Shown here: in pieces, positions 9,068-18,185 of the stretch
Layout: the number at the start of each line of letters is the position of its first letter
Numbering within the stretch: the stretch's first letter is position 1
Assembly (NCBI GenBank): GCA_016840035.1
Contig: JAEOTC010000086.1
Coordinates: 115,175-147,174 of the forward strand
Length of the DNA: 32,000 bases
From: Candidatus Hodarchaeota archaeon
Lineage (GTDB): Archaea > Asgardarchaeota > Heimdallarchaeia > Hodarchaeales > Hodarchaeaceae
Direction: 5' to 3'
The notes under the pieces: generated by a model
Database searches by the model: none
What the model saw: only the letters and a program-made list of their open reading frames with translations
What the model was told of the DNA's origin: nothing
Program-made: the position numbers and the translations under genes

Positions 9068-9931
9068 GTGAATATCATGCGTTCAGAAGCAATAGTTGGC
9101 GTTTTAGAAAAACAATACGTCACTAAATTACTTGAAAAGGGAAAGAGAGTTGATGGAAGAGGCTTATTGGATAGTAGACCAATACAAATCATTCCAAATG
9201 TAGTTAAGAAAGCTGAAGGGTCTGCGATGGTAAAATGGGGAGATACTGTTGTCCTCGCAGGTGTTAAAGCCCAATTGGGTTCTCCATTTCCTGATACACC
9301 AAATGATGGAGTAATTACTGTCAATGCTGAAATCTCACCAATTTCATCACCAACCAATGAAAGTGGTCCACCTGGCCCTCGCACCGTTGAATTAGCGCGT
9401 GTAGTGGATCGTGGTATTCGTGAAAGTAAAGTACTTCCTATGAAGGATCCTAAACTTTGTGTAATCCCAGGAAAGAAAGTTTGGATTATATTTGTTGATA
9501 TCTATATCCTTGATGATGGTGGAAATTTATTTGATGCTGCAGCTCTGGGTGCTATAGCAGCAATTGCAAATACGCGTATAAAAAAGGTCGTTATTGATGA
9601 AGATCTAGAGGAAGTTACTCTTTTGGAAGAAACAGAACCTCTCCCAAGGAATGGATCTGTTGTGAGTCTTACTTTTGCAAAAATTGAAAATACAATAGTT
9701 TACGACCCAAATCTTATCGAAGATCGGGGAAAAGATGCTCGATTCTCATTAGCTCTGACTGATAAAGGAATCGTATGCTCAATGCAAAAAGGAGAGTCTG
9801 GAATCTTCACTCAGGAAGAATTTACAAAAATTTTAGACCAAAGTTCAGCGTTAGCTGCACCTTTACTTGAGAAAATTGAGGATTGTTCTCAATACCCTGA
9901 ACTGAATGAAATGTACAATTTTGAATTTTAA
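9068..9931 (+). CDS. rrp42: exosome RNase PH-like subunit Rrp42
   Basis: VDGRGLLDSRPIQI...EGSAMVKWGDTVVLAGVKA. Directly abuts the rrp41 stop. The start is GTG 9068 or ATG 9077. Confidence 0.85.
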   Translation: MNIMRSEAIVGVLEKQYVTKLLEKGKRVDGRGLLDSRPIQIIPNVVKKAEGSAMVKWGDTVVLAGVKAQLGSPFPDTPNDGVITVNAEISPISSPTNESGPPGPRTVELARVVDRGIRESKVLPMKDPKLCVIPGKKVWIIFVDIYILDDGGNLFDAAALGAIAAIANTRIKKVVIDEDLEEVTLLEETEPLPRNGSVVSLTFAKIENTIVYDPNLIEDRGKDARFSLALTDKGIVCSMQKGESGIFTQEEFTKILDQSSALAAPLLEKIEDCSQYPELNEMYNFEF

Positions 9932-9981
9932 CTGTCAAAAGGTAAAAAACAGACACTTAAAAATGGAAACTTGGTGGTAAA

Positions 9982-10257
9982 ATGGGTCGGACTAAGAAAG
10001 TAGGTTCAACTGGACGTTTTGGTACCCGTTATGGAGCTACAATTCGAAAACGAGTTAAAAAAATTGAGCAAGATTCGAAGAGATTTCACACTTGCCCTTC
10101 CTGCGACTCACTGAAAGTTAAACGTGTATCTATTGGAATTTGGCTGTGTAAATTCTGTGGACACAAATTTACTGGTGGTTCATGGGCTCCAGAAACCCCT
10201 GGAGGCAAGATTGCTCAAAGAACCGCGAAACGTCTTGCAACACAAACTGATTCTTAA
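9982..10257 (+). CDS. rpl37ae: ribosomal protein L37Ae (eL43)
   Basis: GRTKKVGSTGRFGTRYG plus CPSC...CKFCG zinc ribbon. GGTGGT Shine-Dalgarno sequence upstream. Confidence 0.9.
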   Translation: MGRTKKVGSTGRFGTRYGATIRKRVKKIEQDSKRFHTCPSCDSLKVKRVSIGIWLCKFCGHKFTGGSWAPETPGGKIAQRTAKRLATQTDS

Positions 10258-10299
10258 GAGGGACTTCCCTTAGCGAGAATATTAACCGAATGAAGAATA

Positions 10300-10875
10300 A
10301 TGACGAATAATGAGAAGGAAGCTTCCCCTTCCTTTTTAATTACAACTTCTCATAATCCTTCTCATTTTCTTCGTCGTGTGAGTAAATTAATTTCCTATTC
10401 ACTCCCTACTTCAAAGAGAATAAACCGAGGATCCTTAAATCTCAAGGAATTACGCAATTTTTGCTGGAATACCGGTATTCAGAAAGTATTAATTATACAA
10501 GGTTCTAAATCAATAGATTCAGTATCTATCTGCTGTTATAACTTCATTGAATCTCTCCAGCAAATGAAAGCAGATATCATTCTTTCTAACTTTAATTTCC
10601 CTAAGAGAGGAGATACTAATTCGAGAATTGAAGTAACCAAGATTAATGTTAAATTTTCTCCCGAAATTCCGGCGAGTATTCGAAGATCTGTCCATAACTT
10701 CATGCATCCTTTAGTGCTTGAAGTCGGAGAGGATGTATCAAAGTCAAGTTTATTGATAGACTTTGAAGGATATTCAAATGGGAATATACTAGGAGTTGTA
10801 ACTAGGGCAGATTCGATAGATAAATCCCCTCTCTATTCATTTAAATTAAGTAATTGCTTGGAGGCGGAACCATGA
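10300..10875 (+). CDS. Brix-domain (Imp4-like) ribosome biogenesis protein
   Basis: FLITTSHNPSHFLRRVSKLIS resembles the Brix N-terminal motif (TTSR.PS.R.R.F.K.L). Canonical superoperon position after L37Ae. Confidence 0.7.
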   Translation: MTNNEKEASPSFLITTSHNPSHFLRRVSKLISYSLPTSKRINRGSLNLKELRNFCWNTGIQKVLIIQGSKSIDSVSICCYNFIESLQQMKADIILSNFNFPKRGDTNSRIEVTKINVKFSPEIPASIRRSVHNFMHPLVLEVGEDVSKSSLLIDFEGYSNGNILGVVTRADSIDKSPLYSFKLSNCLEAEP

Positions 10876-11156
10876 GGGCCAAAGTTAGTGTAAGGACCAG
10901 AATCCAACTTGAATCATTGGAAGAGGCTGAATTTTTGTATGAATCCTTGTCTCCTGAAGTAAATGATCATCAATTTTTTCGATCAAGTATTACGCTGGAG
11001 TTGGATGGCACATCCTTGGTTGTACACGTTAATTCACATGATATTACTGCTGCAAAAGCAAATATTTCATCGATGCTACGATGGATTTCTTTGTTAACAG
11101 AGTTAATTCAAATTATCCCGAAGAAAATTGTAAATACAAAAAATAAATCTACTTAA
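10872..11156 (+). CDS. pcc1: KEOPS subunit Pcc1
   Basis: ATG 10872 overlaps the Brix stop (ATGA). LEEAEFLYESLSPEV...LRWISL pattern resembles Pcc1. Canonical position before prefoldin beta. Confidence 0.6.
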   Translation: MRAKVSVRTRIQLESLEEAEFLYESLSPEVNDHQFFRSSITLELDGTSLVVHVNSHDITAAKANISSMLRWISLLTELIQIIPKKIVNTKNKST

Positions 11157-11175
11157 TAACAGAGGAATTTCAAAA

Positions 11176-11520
11176 ATGGCACTCCCTGAACTCTCACCTG
11201 CTCAACAAGAACAACTAGTCCGATTTCGAACCTTAGAACAGAATATTCAGAATCTCCGCATTCAATTAAATGAGATAGAAAGAGCTCTCTCGGAAATAGA
11301 AGTTACAAAAAAGGAGTTACTAAATCTCGAAGGAGATACAGAAGTTTGGAAGGCTGTTGGAGGCGTTATGTTTCCAAAAAAGGCCCAAGATGTATTAAAA
11401 GAATTAACTGAGAAAGGAGAATTACTCGAAATCCAGAAAAAAGGGCTTTCCTCACAAGAAAAACAAAATGTTGAGCGTTTTGAAGAATTACAAAAGAAAC
11501 TAAGTCAAGATCTTGGATAA
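11176..11520 (+). CDS. pfdB: prefoldin beta subunit
   Basis: Coiled-coil/beta-hairpin/coiled-coil layout with EGDTEVWKAVGGVMF in the hairpin. About 114 aa. Confidence 0.8.
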   Translation: MALPELSPAQQEQLVRFRTLEQNIQNLRIQLNEIERALSEIEVTKKELLNLEGDTEVWKAVGGVMFPKKAQDVLKELTEKGELLEIQKKGLSSQEKQNVERFEELQKKLSQDLG

Positions 11521-11566
11521 TTAAATTCTAATCATTCCTTCATCATAGCTAATCAGGTCGATTCTT

Positions 11567-11857
11567 TTGTCAATATTAAATCCTGATGATTTACTTGACC
11601 ATCTCTATGAAGAGATAAACAATTTCGTTGTTAAGGAAGCGGGGGAAGAATTAGGACATTACGAAATTGATATATCCCTTGATTCAGATAAGAAGGGGGA
11701 AATAAACATCGATATTTCCCTAGAACTCGAACTGATAGCATATTCTCAAATAGATGTTGAAGAGCTAACTAATAGAGCTATCGCCTATGGCGGAGAAATT
11801 GCAGATAAGTACTGCCCTCCACTTGCTAAGCTAAATATTTCCAAACGTAAATTATAA
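11567..11857 (+). CDS. small acidic protein, DUF3194-like (superoperon-associated)
   Basis: 96-aa acidic ORF at the position after prefoldin beta where I recall a DUF3194 protein in other archaea. TTG start. The assignment rests on position and is weak. Confidence 0.4.
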   Translation: MSILNPDDLLDHLYEEINNFVVKEAGEELGHYEIDISLDSDKKGEINIDISLELELIAYSQIDVEELTNRAIAYGGEIADKYCPPLAKLNISKRKL

Positions 11858-11873
11858 TATTGGTTGCATTGGG

Positions 11874-12821
11874 ATGGCTGAAACGAGCTGTTGTAGTAAT
11901 CCAGCATACACCAAAGATACAAAGACAAGGAAAAATCTTTGTCGTCAACATTTTTGTGAGCTATTTGAGAAACGGGTCAAAAAAACCATATCAAAGTACA
12001 AAATGCTGGCCCCTGAAGACCATATAGGACTTGGTTATTCGGGTGGGAAGGATAGTACTGCTCTGCTTCATTTTTTTTCGAACGTTCTTCTGACAAAATA
12101 TTCCAAGAATAAACTTACACTTATTGTCGTAGATGAAGGGATAAAAGGATATCGTGAGAGTGCCTTAGAAATAATAAAGAATATTTCCATGAAATACAAT
12201 TTTAGACACCTTATCATCTCTTTTTCAGAACTATACGGAGCAACATTGGATGAAATCGTCCACAAAAGCCATGAATCAGGGAGTTCCTTATCTGCTTGTG
12301 CTATCTGTGGAATCTTACGTAGAAGAGCACTCAACTATGGTAGCCATAAGGCAAAAGTAACAAAGATGGCAACAGCTCATAATTTGGATGATGAAGCTCA
12401 AACTATTGTTATGAATCTTTTACGCGGAGACACAGGTAAGTTCAAGAGGATCACTAGAACTCCAGTAAAAAGATTTTCTTCTCTTATACCTAGAATTCGG
12501 CCCTTTGTAAAAGTCTCAGAACCAGAGATAGTACTTTATGCGCATGCAAATAATCTTGAATACCATTCTGTACCCTGCCCGTATGCTTCCACTGCAATGC
12601 GTAATGACATACGAAATTTCTTATCAGAGATGGAAAATAAACGACCTAGTACACTGATAAATATTGTTAATGTTCATGACTCATTATCGCAATTCTTTAC
12701 GACACCTGAAATTACTTCCACTACATATTCATGTAAAATCTGTAAAGAATTAACAACACAAGAAATTTGTCCTGTATGTCAATTATTTGAGAAAATCGGC
12801 TTAAAGGTAAAAGTAACTTAA
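11874..12821 (+). CDS. tRNA 2-thiolation PP-loop ATPase (Ncs6/Ctu1/TtuA family)
   Basis: PP-loop motif GYSGGKDS. N-terminal CC..C..H and C-terminal CKIC...CPVC zinc fingers. AHNLDDEAQT motif. Confidence 0.8.
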   Translation: MAETSCCSNPAYTKDTKTRKNLCRQHFCELFEKRVKKTISKYKMLAPEDHIGLGYSGGKDSTALLHFFSNVLLTKYSKNKLTLIVVDEGIKGYRESALEIIKNISMKYNFRHLIISFSELYGATLDEIVHKSHESGSSLSACAICGILRRRALNYGSHKAKVTKMATAHNLDDEAQTIVMNLLRGDTGKFKRITRTPVKRFSSLIPRIRPFVKVSEPEIVLYAHANNLEYHSVPCPYASTAMRNDIRNFLSEMENKRPSTLINIVNVHDSLSQFFTTPEITSTTYSCKICKELTTQEICPVCQLFEKIGLKVKVT

Positions 12822-12826
12822 TTTTC

Positions 12827-13099
12827 TCAGTCTTCCCCGACCGTAAGAAATTTATTCCCCTTTTGAATTCGTTTGATGACTCTTTGATTTTTCTTTATCG
12901 TTTGAACGTGAATTAATCCCTCAATTTCTAGTTTCATTAACGCTTGATTCAATTCTCGATCAGAAAATTCTCCTACATCAGATTCAAGGAGACGAGTAAG
13001 ATCATCTTCAAGGAGAATTCCCTCACGTCTCTCAACAATATTCATTATTGAGAAAGTCAGTGGAAAAGGCCTCCAATAAGGGTACTGTGGTGTTGTCAT
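12827..13099 (-). CDS. small winged-helix-like protein, unknown function
   Basis: ELNQALMKLEIEGLIHVQ...RVIKRI resembles a wHTH recognition helix plus wing. The start may be ATG 13045 (MNIVE...). Confidence 0.4.
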   Translation of the reverse strand: MTTPQYPYWRPFPLTFSIMNIVERREGILLEDDLTRLLESDVGEFSDRELNQALMKLEIEGLIHVQTIKKNQRVIKRIQKGNKFLTVGED

Positions 13100-13245
13100 T
13101 AGATGTCACTAAACTGTGGATTAATTTCTCTTTTGGTATCGATATTAAAATTACGTATAGATGGTCGATCCTTTGACTGTAGAATTCAGTTTTCAAGTAA
13201 TAATAAATAATTATTTAAGTATTCGAAAACTAGCAATAACTTCAA

Positions 13246-15450
13246 TTACCCAAATAGTGGAATTGTTTGATGTGAATCCACTCCGATTCGACGACGGAAT
13301 TGGGATTCTTGATCTTTATACCATTTCATCATATCAGGGGTACAAGAGGAGTGTACACTCGTTAGCGCTTGTTCAAAATGTCTCCATAAGACAATATCAG
13401 CCTTCAAATTTTCCCGTAATGCCAGCATACCTGCTTCTCTACAAATAGCTTCTAGATCAGCTCCTACATAAAATTCTGTTTCCTTTGCAAGTCGATCTAG
13501 ATTAACATCTTCTCCTAATGGCATATCTCGTGTGTGAATCTCTAATATCTTCTTTCTACTATCTTCTTCGGGAGGTGGAATATATACTACTCTATCAAAG
13601 CGCCCTGGTCTAAGTAAAGCTGGATCAATCATATCAGGACGATTCGTTGCAGCTAAGACTGCGACGTCTCGAAGGGGCTCAATTCCCGCAAGTTCAGTTA
13701 ATAATTGACTTATAACGCGTTCATTAGCTCCAGATGAGTCAGCTGAACCACGTCTTGCTGCAACGGCATCAATTTCATCAAAGAAAATTAGTGCTGGTGC
13801 AGCTGTACGCGCTTTCCTGAAAACTTCTCTAATTGCTTTTTCACTCTCACCTACCCACTTTGAGATTAATTCAGGGCCTTTCACACTGATGAAGTTTACT
13901 TGACTTTCAGTAGCAATTGCTTTTGCTAGTAATGTTTTACCCGTGCCTGGAGCTCCGAACAATAAGACAGCTCGGGGTGGATTAATTCCTAGACGTTCAA
14001 AATTATCTTTCTGTTTAAATGGCCATTCAACAATTTCAATTAACTCTTGTTTTACTTGATCCATTCCGCCAATATTTGTCCATCTTACATTTGGAATTTC
14101 AATAAATACCTCTCGGATCGCAGAAGGATGAATTTCTTTTAAAGCATCCCCAAAATGACGATCTTCAACTTCCAAGTTATCTAAAACAGCTGGGGGAATT
14201 GTATCTTCACTGAGATTAATATCAGGGAGAATTTCACGTAGTTTTTTCATTGCAGCCTCTCGACCAAGGGCCGCTAGATCAGCCCCCACAAATCCATGCG
14301 TAATAACTGCTAAGTGTTTTATATCCACTTTCTCAATGCCAGGCATTCGTCTAGTGTGGATTTGAAGGATCTCTAATCTCTCATTTTGATCGGGAACTCC
14401 GATTTCAATTTCTCTGTCAAATCTCCCCGGTCTTCTAAGAGCTGGATCGACTGCATTAGGACGGTTTGTAGCACCAATAACAATAGTTTCGCCACGACTT
14501 TCTAAACCATCCATTAACGCTAGAATTTGCGCAACGACTCGTCTCTCAACTTCTCCTGTAACATCTTCCCTTTTAGGAGCAATAGCATCAATTTCATCAA
14601 TAAAAATAATACTTGGAGCATTATCCTCCGCTTCTTTGAAGATGTCTCTTAGTCTCGCCTCACTCTCACCATAGAATTTTGACATAATTTCTGGACCCTG
14701 AATAGGTATGAAGTGTGCTTCAGATTCATTCGCAACTGCTTTTGCAATGAGAGTTTTCCCCGTTCCTGGAGGACCATGTAATAACACTCCCTTCGGAGGA
14801 TCTATTCCTAATTTCTTAAAAAGCTCTGGATGCTTTAGAGGGAGTTCTACCATTTCACGGATTTTCTGAATTGCATCTGAAAGCCCTCCGATATCTTCAT
14901 AACTTACTCCTGGCATGCTAGTTTCAGCTTCAGAAATGGGTTTTTCTGACACATTAAGTTTTGTTGTATCAGTAATCAGTACAATATCCGCAGGAGTTGT
15001 AGAATTAACTACAAACGGAATTGACCTTCCTAAAATAGGTATAAGGACAGTATCATTTTTGGAAACTGGATAACCAAGTAATTTTCGTTTTACGAAAGCT
15101 TCAAATCCGTAATCTAAAGAAATTTGGCGAGTAGGAGCAATATTAACAGTTTTAGCTACTTTAATTTGAGCTTTACGGATGCGAACATTCTCCTCTAGAG
15201 ATACTTTGGCGTTTCGCCTAATTATTCCGTCCATACGAACAATACCAGCACCCTGATCTTCAATGTAGGCGGGCCAAGCAATAGCACCTGTTTTTTGGCG
15301 CCCCCGAATCTCGACCACATCCCCCGTTGTTATACCGATCTCCCTCATATTGATATCGTCCATTCGGATTTTTCCGCGACCTACATCCCTTTGTCTGGCT
15401 TCAGCTACCTTTAATACTACTTCGTTTGCCAAATTATTCCGCCAACTCAA
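13246..15450 (-). CDS. cdc48: Cdc48/VCP-type AAA+ ATPase (N domain, D1, D2)
   Basis: Two Walker A motifs (GPPGTGKT and GAPGTGKT), two DEID Walker B motifs, and a double-psi-barrel-like N domain ([16 protein letters not shown]). TTG start. Confidence 0.92.
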   Translation of the reverse strand: MSWRNNLANEVVLKVAEARQRDVGRGKIRMDDINMREIGITTGDVVEIRGRQKTGAIAWPAYIEDQGAGIVRMDGIIRRNAKVSLEENVRIRKAQIKVAKTVNIAPTRQISLDYGFEAFVKRKLLGYPVSKNDTVLIPILGRSIPFVVNSTTPADIVLITDTTKLNVSEKPISEAETSMPGVSYEDIGGLSDAIQKIREMVELPLKHPELFKKLGIDPPKGVLLHGPPGTGKTLIAKAVANESEAHFIPIQGPEIMSKFYGESEARLRDIFKEAEDNAPSIIFIDEIDAIAPKREDVTGEVERRVVAQILALMDGLESRGETIVIGATNRPNAVDPALRRPGRFDREIEIGVPDQNERLEILQIHTRRMPGIEKVDIKHLAVITHGFVGADLAALGREAAMKKLREILPDINLSEDTIPPAVLDNLEVEDRHFGDALKEIHPSAIREVFIEIPNVRWTNIGGMDQVKQELIEIVEWPFKQKDNFERLGINPPRAVLLFGAPGTGKTLLAKAIATESQVNFISVKGPELISKWVGESEKAIREVFRKARTAAPALIFFDEIDAVAARRGSADSSGANERVISQLLTELAGIEPLRDVAVLAATNRPDMIDPALLRPGRFDRVVYIPPPEEDSRKKILEIHTRDMPLGEDVNLDRLAKETEFYVGADLEAICREAGMLALRENLKADIVLWRHFEQALTSVHSSCTPDMMKWYKDQESQFRRRIGVDSHQTIPLFG

Positions 15451-15541
15451 TGAAAGCCTATGAAATATTGATTCTAATCTTGTTCAAAATAATTATATTT
15501 AATATGAGTTTTCTTTTGGAGATTCGAAATTATCGCTTGTA

Positions 15542-15591
15542 GAATGAATTCTTCCTTTAATTCATTCCCCGATTTATTCCCTATGATCGGG
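15542..15591. other. two adjacent perfect hairpins in the aEF-1beta/cdc48 intergenic region
   Basis: GAATGAATT-cttccttt-AATTCATTC gives a 9-bp stem (15542-15567). It is followed immediately by CCCGAT-N12-ATCGGG, a 6-bp stem (15568-15591). Confidence 0.5.
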
Positions 15592-15611
15592 AATACTAAA
15601 AGAATTAACTT

Positions 15612-15899
15612 CTAGTAATCAATAATTGTTTGAAGTTCTATTTCGCAATTATCAATATCTTCTACATCAATAAGTCGTTGCTCAAAAGTCTGAAGAACTT
15701 CATTTCCTTCATCAGAATCAACTGTCTTGACGAAGAGTTTCATAGCAACTAATCCAAAAAACAGAGGTTCCTCCTCGTATTTTAGTATTTCTATCTCTAA
15801 TCCTTCGGATAATTCACCTTTCGCTTTAGTTAGTAGTTCCTCTCGATTTGCTTCTGGAGAAGCAGGGATTACTTTTAATATCGATAAGACATTAGACAT
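15612..15899 (-). CDS. ef1b: elongation factor 1-beta (aEF-1beta)
   Basis: SILKVIPASPE...EEEPLFFGLVAMKLFV...DSDEG matches the aEF-1beta pattern (V.P.....D....EEEP.AFGL.A...). About 95 aa. Confidence 0.8.
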   Translation of the reverse strand: MSNVLSILKVIPASPEANREELLTKAKGELSEGLEIEILKYEEEPLFFGLVAMKLFVKTVDSDEGNEVLQTFEQRLIDVEDIDNCEIELQTIIDY

Positions 15900-15964
15900 G
15901 ATTGATCATCTTAATAATTCAATTGTTAAATCACAAAATATTATCATGAAACATTATTATAAAA

Positions 15965-16147
15965 TTAAGGTCCAGAAAATCCACAATTAGGACAAATATA
16001 TCTGTTTCCAAGTTTTCGACATCGCTCACATCGGATGATCGGGATCATTCCGCATGATGGACATGGAAAACGAGCCGTTCCATGTTCACTTGGCATAACT
16101 GCAACTTGACAAGGATTACAACGTTGCATTTTTATGTTTTCACTCAT
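15965..16147 (-). CDS. Zn-ribbon protein (double CxxC pairs) typically linked to aEF-1beta
   Basis: The 60-aa MSENIKMQRCNPCQ...CPSCG...CERC...CPNCG has four CxxC pairs. Start trimmed to ATG 16147. The 75-aa N-terminal extension in the tracked ORF has no support. Confidence 0.65.
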   Translation of the reverse strand: MSENIKMQRCNPCQVAVMPSEHGTARFPCPSCGMIPIIRCERCRKLGNRYICPNCGFSGP

Positions 16148-16509
16148 TCCAGTAACCTCTTTGCCTATTTGCCTCGGATAAGAATGCGATAATAAAAGCT
16201 TCTCTTGAGTTTTGAAGACTATTCGCAAGTGAAGGGATTTATTGCTTGAGTTTCGGAGTATTTCACCATTCTTTCCATTTAGTTGCATATTGCCTCTATA
16301 TACAAAGAAAGTTTGCCTCAATTCGTTTTTATTACTCGAATCGAGTATTTTTAGGATAAAATACTTTCCCACTAAGATATTAGTAACCTTGGAGACAGGG
16401 AAAAAGAACTTCTTATTACGTAAGATAATGATTTCAATTGGTTAACTTCCAAGAAAATTTTAGGTTTTAATAAATCAATCGATAATTTACTTGATGACTC
16501 AAATAGAAG

Positions 16510-16938
16510 GTGAAATTCTTGGCTACTTTTGAAAACATGACATTAGGCGATAATAATGGATATAATTCAATGGAACAGGTTCAAAAAATTATTGATGGTC
16601 TTGGAACGGTAAAAGGCGTAAAAAAAGTTCTACTAGTAACTGAGGAAGGTTTTCCTATAATATCTGCTAGAACCTTACCTATGTCAGACGAGGTGGAGAC
16701 TGTTGTATCAGCAATGGTAGCAGGTATTGTGAGTACATTTTCAAGTGCATGTATTCAGCTAAATTTGGGAGATCAAGTGGATTTCATTCACGTTCAAACA
16801 CCTATAGGATTAGGAATTATATCAAAGGTACAAAGTACAATTCTTGTATTAATAACCGATTCTAATGTAAAATTAGGTTTGATGCACTATTTAGTTACAT
16901 CCACCAAGATGAAACTTCTTAAAACAAGGGAATTTTGA
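16510..16938 (+). CDS. Roadblock/LC7 (MglB-like) domain protein
   Basis: VKKVLLVTEEGFPIISA (strand-strand), ETVVSAMVAGIVSTFSSACIQL (helix), DFIHVQTPIGLGIISKVQSTILVLITD (three strands). The start is uncertain: GTG 16510, TTG 16519 after an AGGTGA Shine-Dalgarno sequence, or ATG 16537. Confidence 0.7.
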   Translation: MKFLATFENMTLGDNNGYNSMEQVQKIIDGLGTVKGVKKVLLVTEEGFPIISARTLPMSDEVETVVSAMVAGIVSTFSSACIQLNLGDQVDFIHVQTPIGLGIISKVQSTILVLITDSNVKLGLMHYLVTSTKMKLLKTREF

Positions 16939-17060
16939 TCCAATTATTGAAGAAATTAATTAAATAGGAATCAAAGTTCGATAAAAACTTTATTTCTCTA
17001 AAGTCAAGCTTTTATTAACCCCGAATTCTAGAGACTCCTCATGACATTTTTATTCTCAAA

Positions 17061-17552
17061 ATGATGAGAATTGTCATGATAGGTGAATTTATAGTGACTT
17101 TGAATGAATCCCAGTTACAACTTTTTCCTGTTCCTTGTACATCAGGAATGGAACCGAACTGTATACTTGATCCTGATCACCCGTGTTGTGAGAACATAAA
17201 ACGCGAAACTATTGAGTTTAAAAATGGATTACTTGTGAAACAGGGAAATTCTGCAATTGTCTCTCTAAAATTATCTTTTAATGATCCTGTGGAAGAATTC
17301 ATATTTGACCGTATTCGGAATGATTTGTGGAGAAATCCTGGTAGTCATGTGAAAGTCATTAGAGCTCCAGAAGAAGGATTTCAGATTTCATTCTTCCTTA
17401 CGACCGAGATGGTGAAAACTCAGAATCAAAGGGAGAATCTGATTTCTTATTGGGAAGACTTTGCAATTAACATTCGCCAGGTCTTAACTGATGGTAAAAT
17501 GGCAGTCAACAAGTTTGTAAGAAGTAGAACGACAAGACTAAGACTGGATTGA
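17061..17552 (+). CDS. hypothetical protein (163 aa), Cys cluster near the N-terminus
   Basis: Intact ORF co-directional with the roadblock gene. Contains PCTSG..NC....HPCC. No family recognised. Confidence 0.35.
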   Translation: MMRIVMIGEFIVTLNESQLQLFPVPCTSGMEPNCILDPDHPCCENIKRETIEFKNGLLVKQGNSAIVSLKLSFNDPVEEFIFDRIRNDLWRNPGSHVKVIRAPEEGFQISFFLTTEMVKTQNQRENLISYWEDFAINIRQVLTDGKMAVNKFVRSRTTRLRLD

Positions 17553-17607
17553 ATATTATCGAATCCATATTGCAGGAATTGAACCCCTTCCCTATCTAAA
17601 TTATTTC

Positions 17608-17616
17608 AAAAAAAAA
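17608..17616 (-). terminator. oligo-T (T9) tract downstream of the pilin-like gene
   Basis: A9 run on the plus strand, equal to T9 on the minus strand, about 20 nt past the stop at 17638. Confidence 0.45.
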
Positions 17617-17637
17617 GAGAGATGGATTTCCCCTAAA

Positions 17638-18111
17638 TTATACAGCAATATCATATCCTGCACTATATATGGGATCCTGAGCTTCTCCATCAACTGAATA
17701 CTCGACTTTGATACGTACTTCATCATAAGCTCCAGGAGCAAAGGTGAAGACCATATCAATCTTGGATTGACTGGTTGCTATATTGAATGGAAAATTCGTT
17801 GAAGTATTATCATCATTAGTGAAAACAGCCCATGCACCAGATCCAGTTCTTCCTTCTAGAGTAACATTAGTTACTGCGACTGTGTCTGCGAGTTCATTGG
17901 TTAATGTAAACGTCAATTTGTCATTAAAACCATCAGTATCGATGTCTGAGAGGGTGGTTTTCCCGAATTTTAATTCTCCAGATGATTGGATCATCGGTAA
18001 CACAACTACAAACAATACAGCACCTGCAGCAACTGCGAGTCCAATTAGCAAAATAGCTGCTAATATTGGGCTTACAGCTCTTCTTCGTCTATATATTTTT
18101 ACTAAATTCAT
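17638..18111 (-). CDS. archaeal type IV pilin-like protein with class III signal peptide
   Basis: MNLVKIYRRRRAVSPILAAILLIGLAVAAGAVLFVVV shows a basic n-region, an R-A-V-S-P-I prepilin-peptidase-type site and a hydrophobic helix, as in the archaeal pilin N-terminal domain. Start trimmed to ATG 18111. Confidence 0.7.
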   Translation of the reverse strand: MNLVKIYRRRRAVSPILAAILLIGLAVAAGAVLFVVVLPMIQSSGELKFGKTTLSDIDTDGFNDKLTFTLTNELADTVAVTNVTLEGRTGSGAWAVFTNDDNTSTNFPFNIATSQSKIDMVFTFAPGAYDEVRIKVEYSVDGEAQDPIYSAGYDIAV

Positions 18112-18168
18112 TTTACTTAATTCTCCGTGAAATATGTTCAATTTCTTTCCGTATGAGCGGAATTAGCA

Positions 18169-18185
18169 ATATTGGTATATATTGG
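18169..18185. promoter_or_regulatory. direct repeat ATATTGG x2 at 10-bp spacing in a divergent promoter region
   Basis: ATATTGGTAT/ATATTGGATAT at 18169-18175 and 18179-18185, between the pilin-like gene and the membrane wHTH gene. Confidence 0.25.

Noticed and set aside
8434-9384. Minus-strand ORFs 8434-8670 and 8983-9384 inside rrp41/rrp42
   Set aside because: They are antisense to strongly supported RNase PH genes. No motifs were found, and the Pro/Ser/Gly-rich translation is typical of an antisense frame.
10519-10707. 62-aa minus-strand ORF inside the Brix gene
   Set aside because: Antisense shadow ORF within a superoperon gene.
12068-12334. 88-aa minus-strand ORF inside the Ncs6/TtuA gene
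   Set aside because: Antisense shadow ORF with no independent signals.
13161-13448. 95-aa plus-strand ORF overlapping the 3' end of cdc48
   Set aside because: It overlaps the conserved Cdc48 C-terminus in antisense. The remainder is intergenic promoter DNA of the small wHTH gene.
15727-15990. 87-aa plus-strand ORF over aEF-1beta
   Set aside because: It is antisense to the aEF-1beta CDS and runs into the Zn-ribbon gene.
16148-16445. N-terminal 75-aa extension of the Zn-ribbon ORF (to 16372) and the opposite-strand ORF 16242-16445
   Set aside because: The conserved Zn-ribbon protein is about 60 aa and starts at ATG 16147. The extension is Lys/Asn/Leu-rich with no motif, and the opposite-strand ORF is its mirror. 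Both were treated as intergenic.
17783-18130. 115-aa plus-strand ORF inside the pilin-like gene
   Set aside because: It is antisense to the ORF that carries a clear class III signal peptide.
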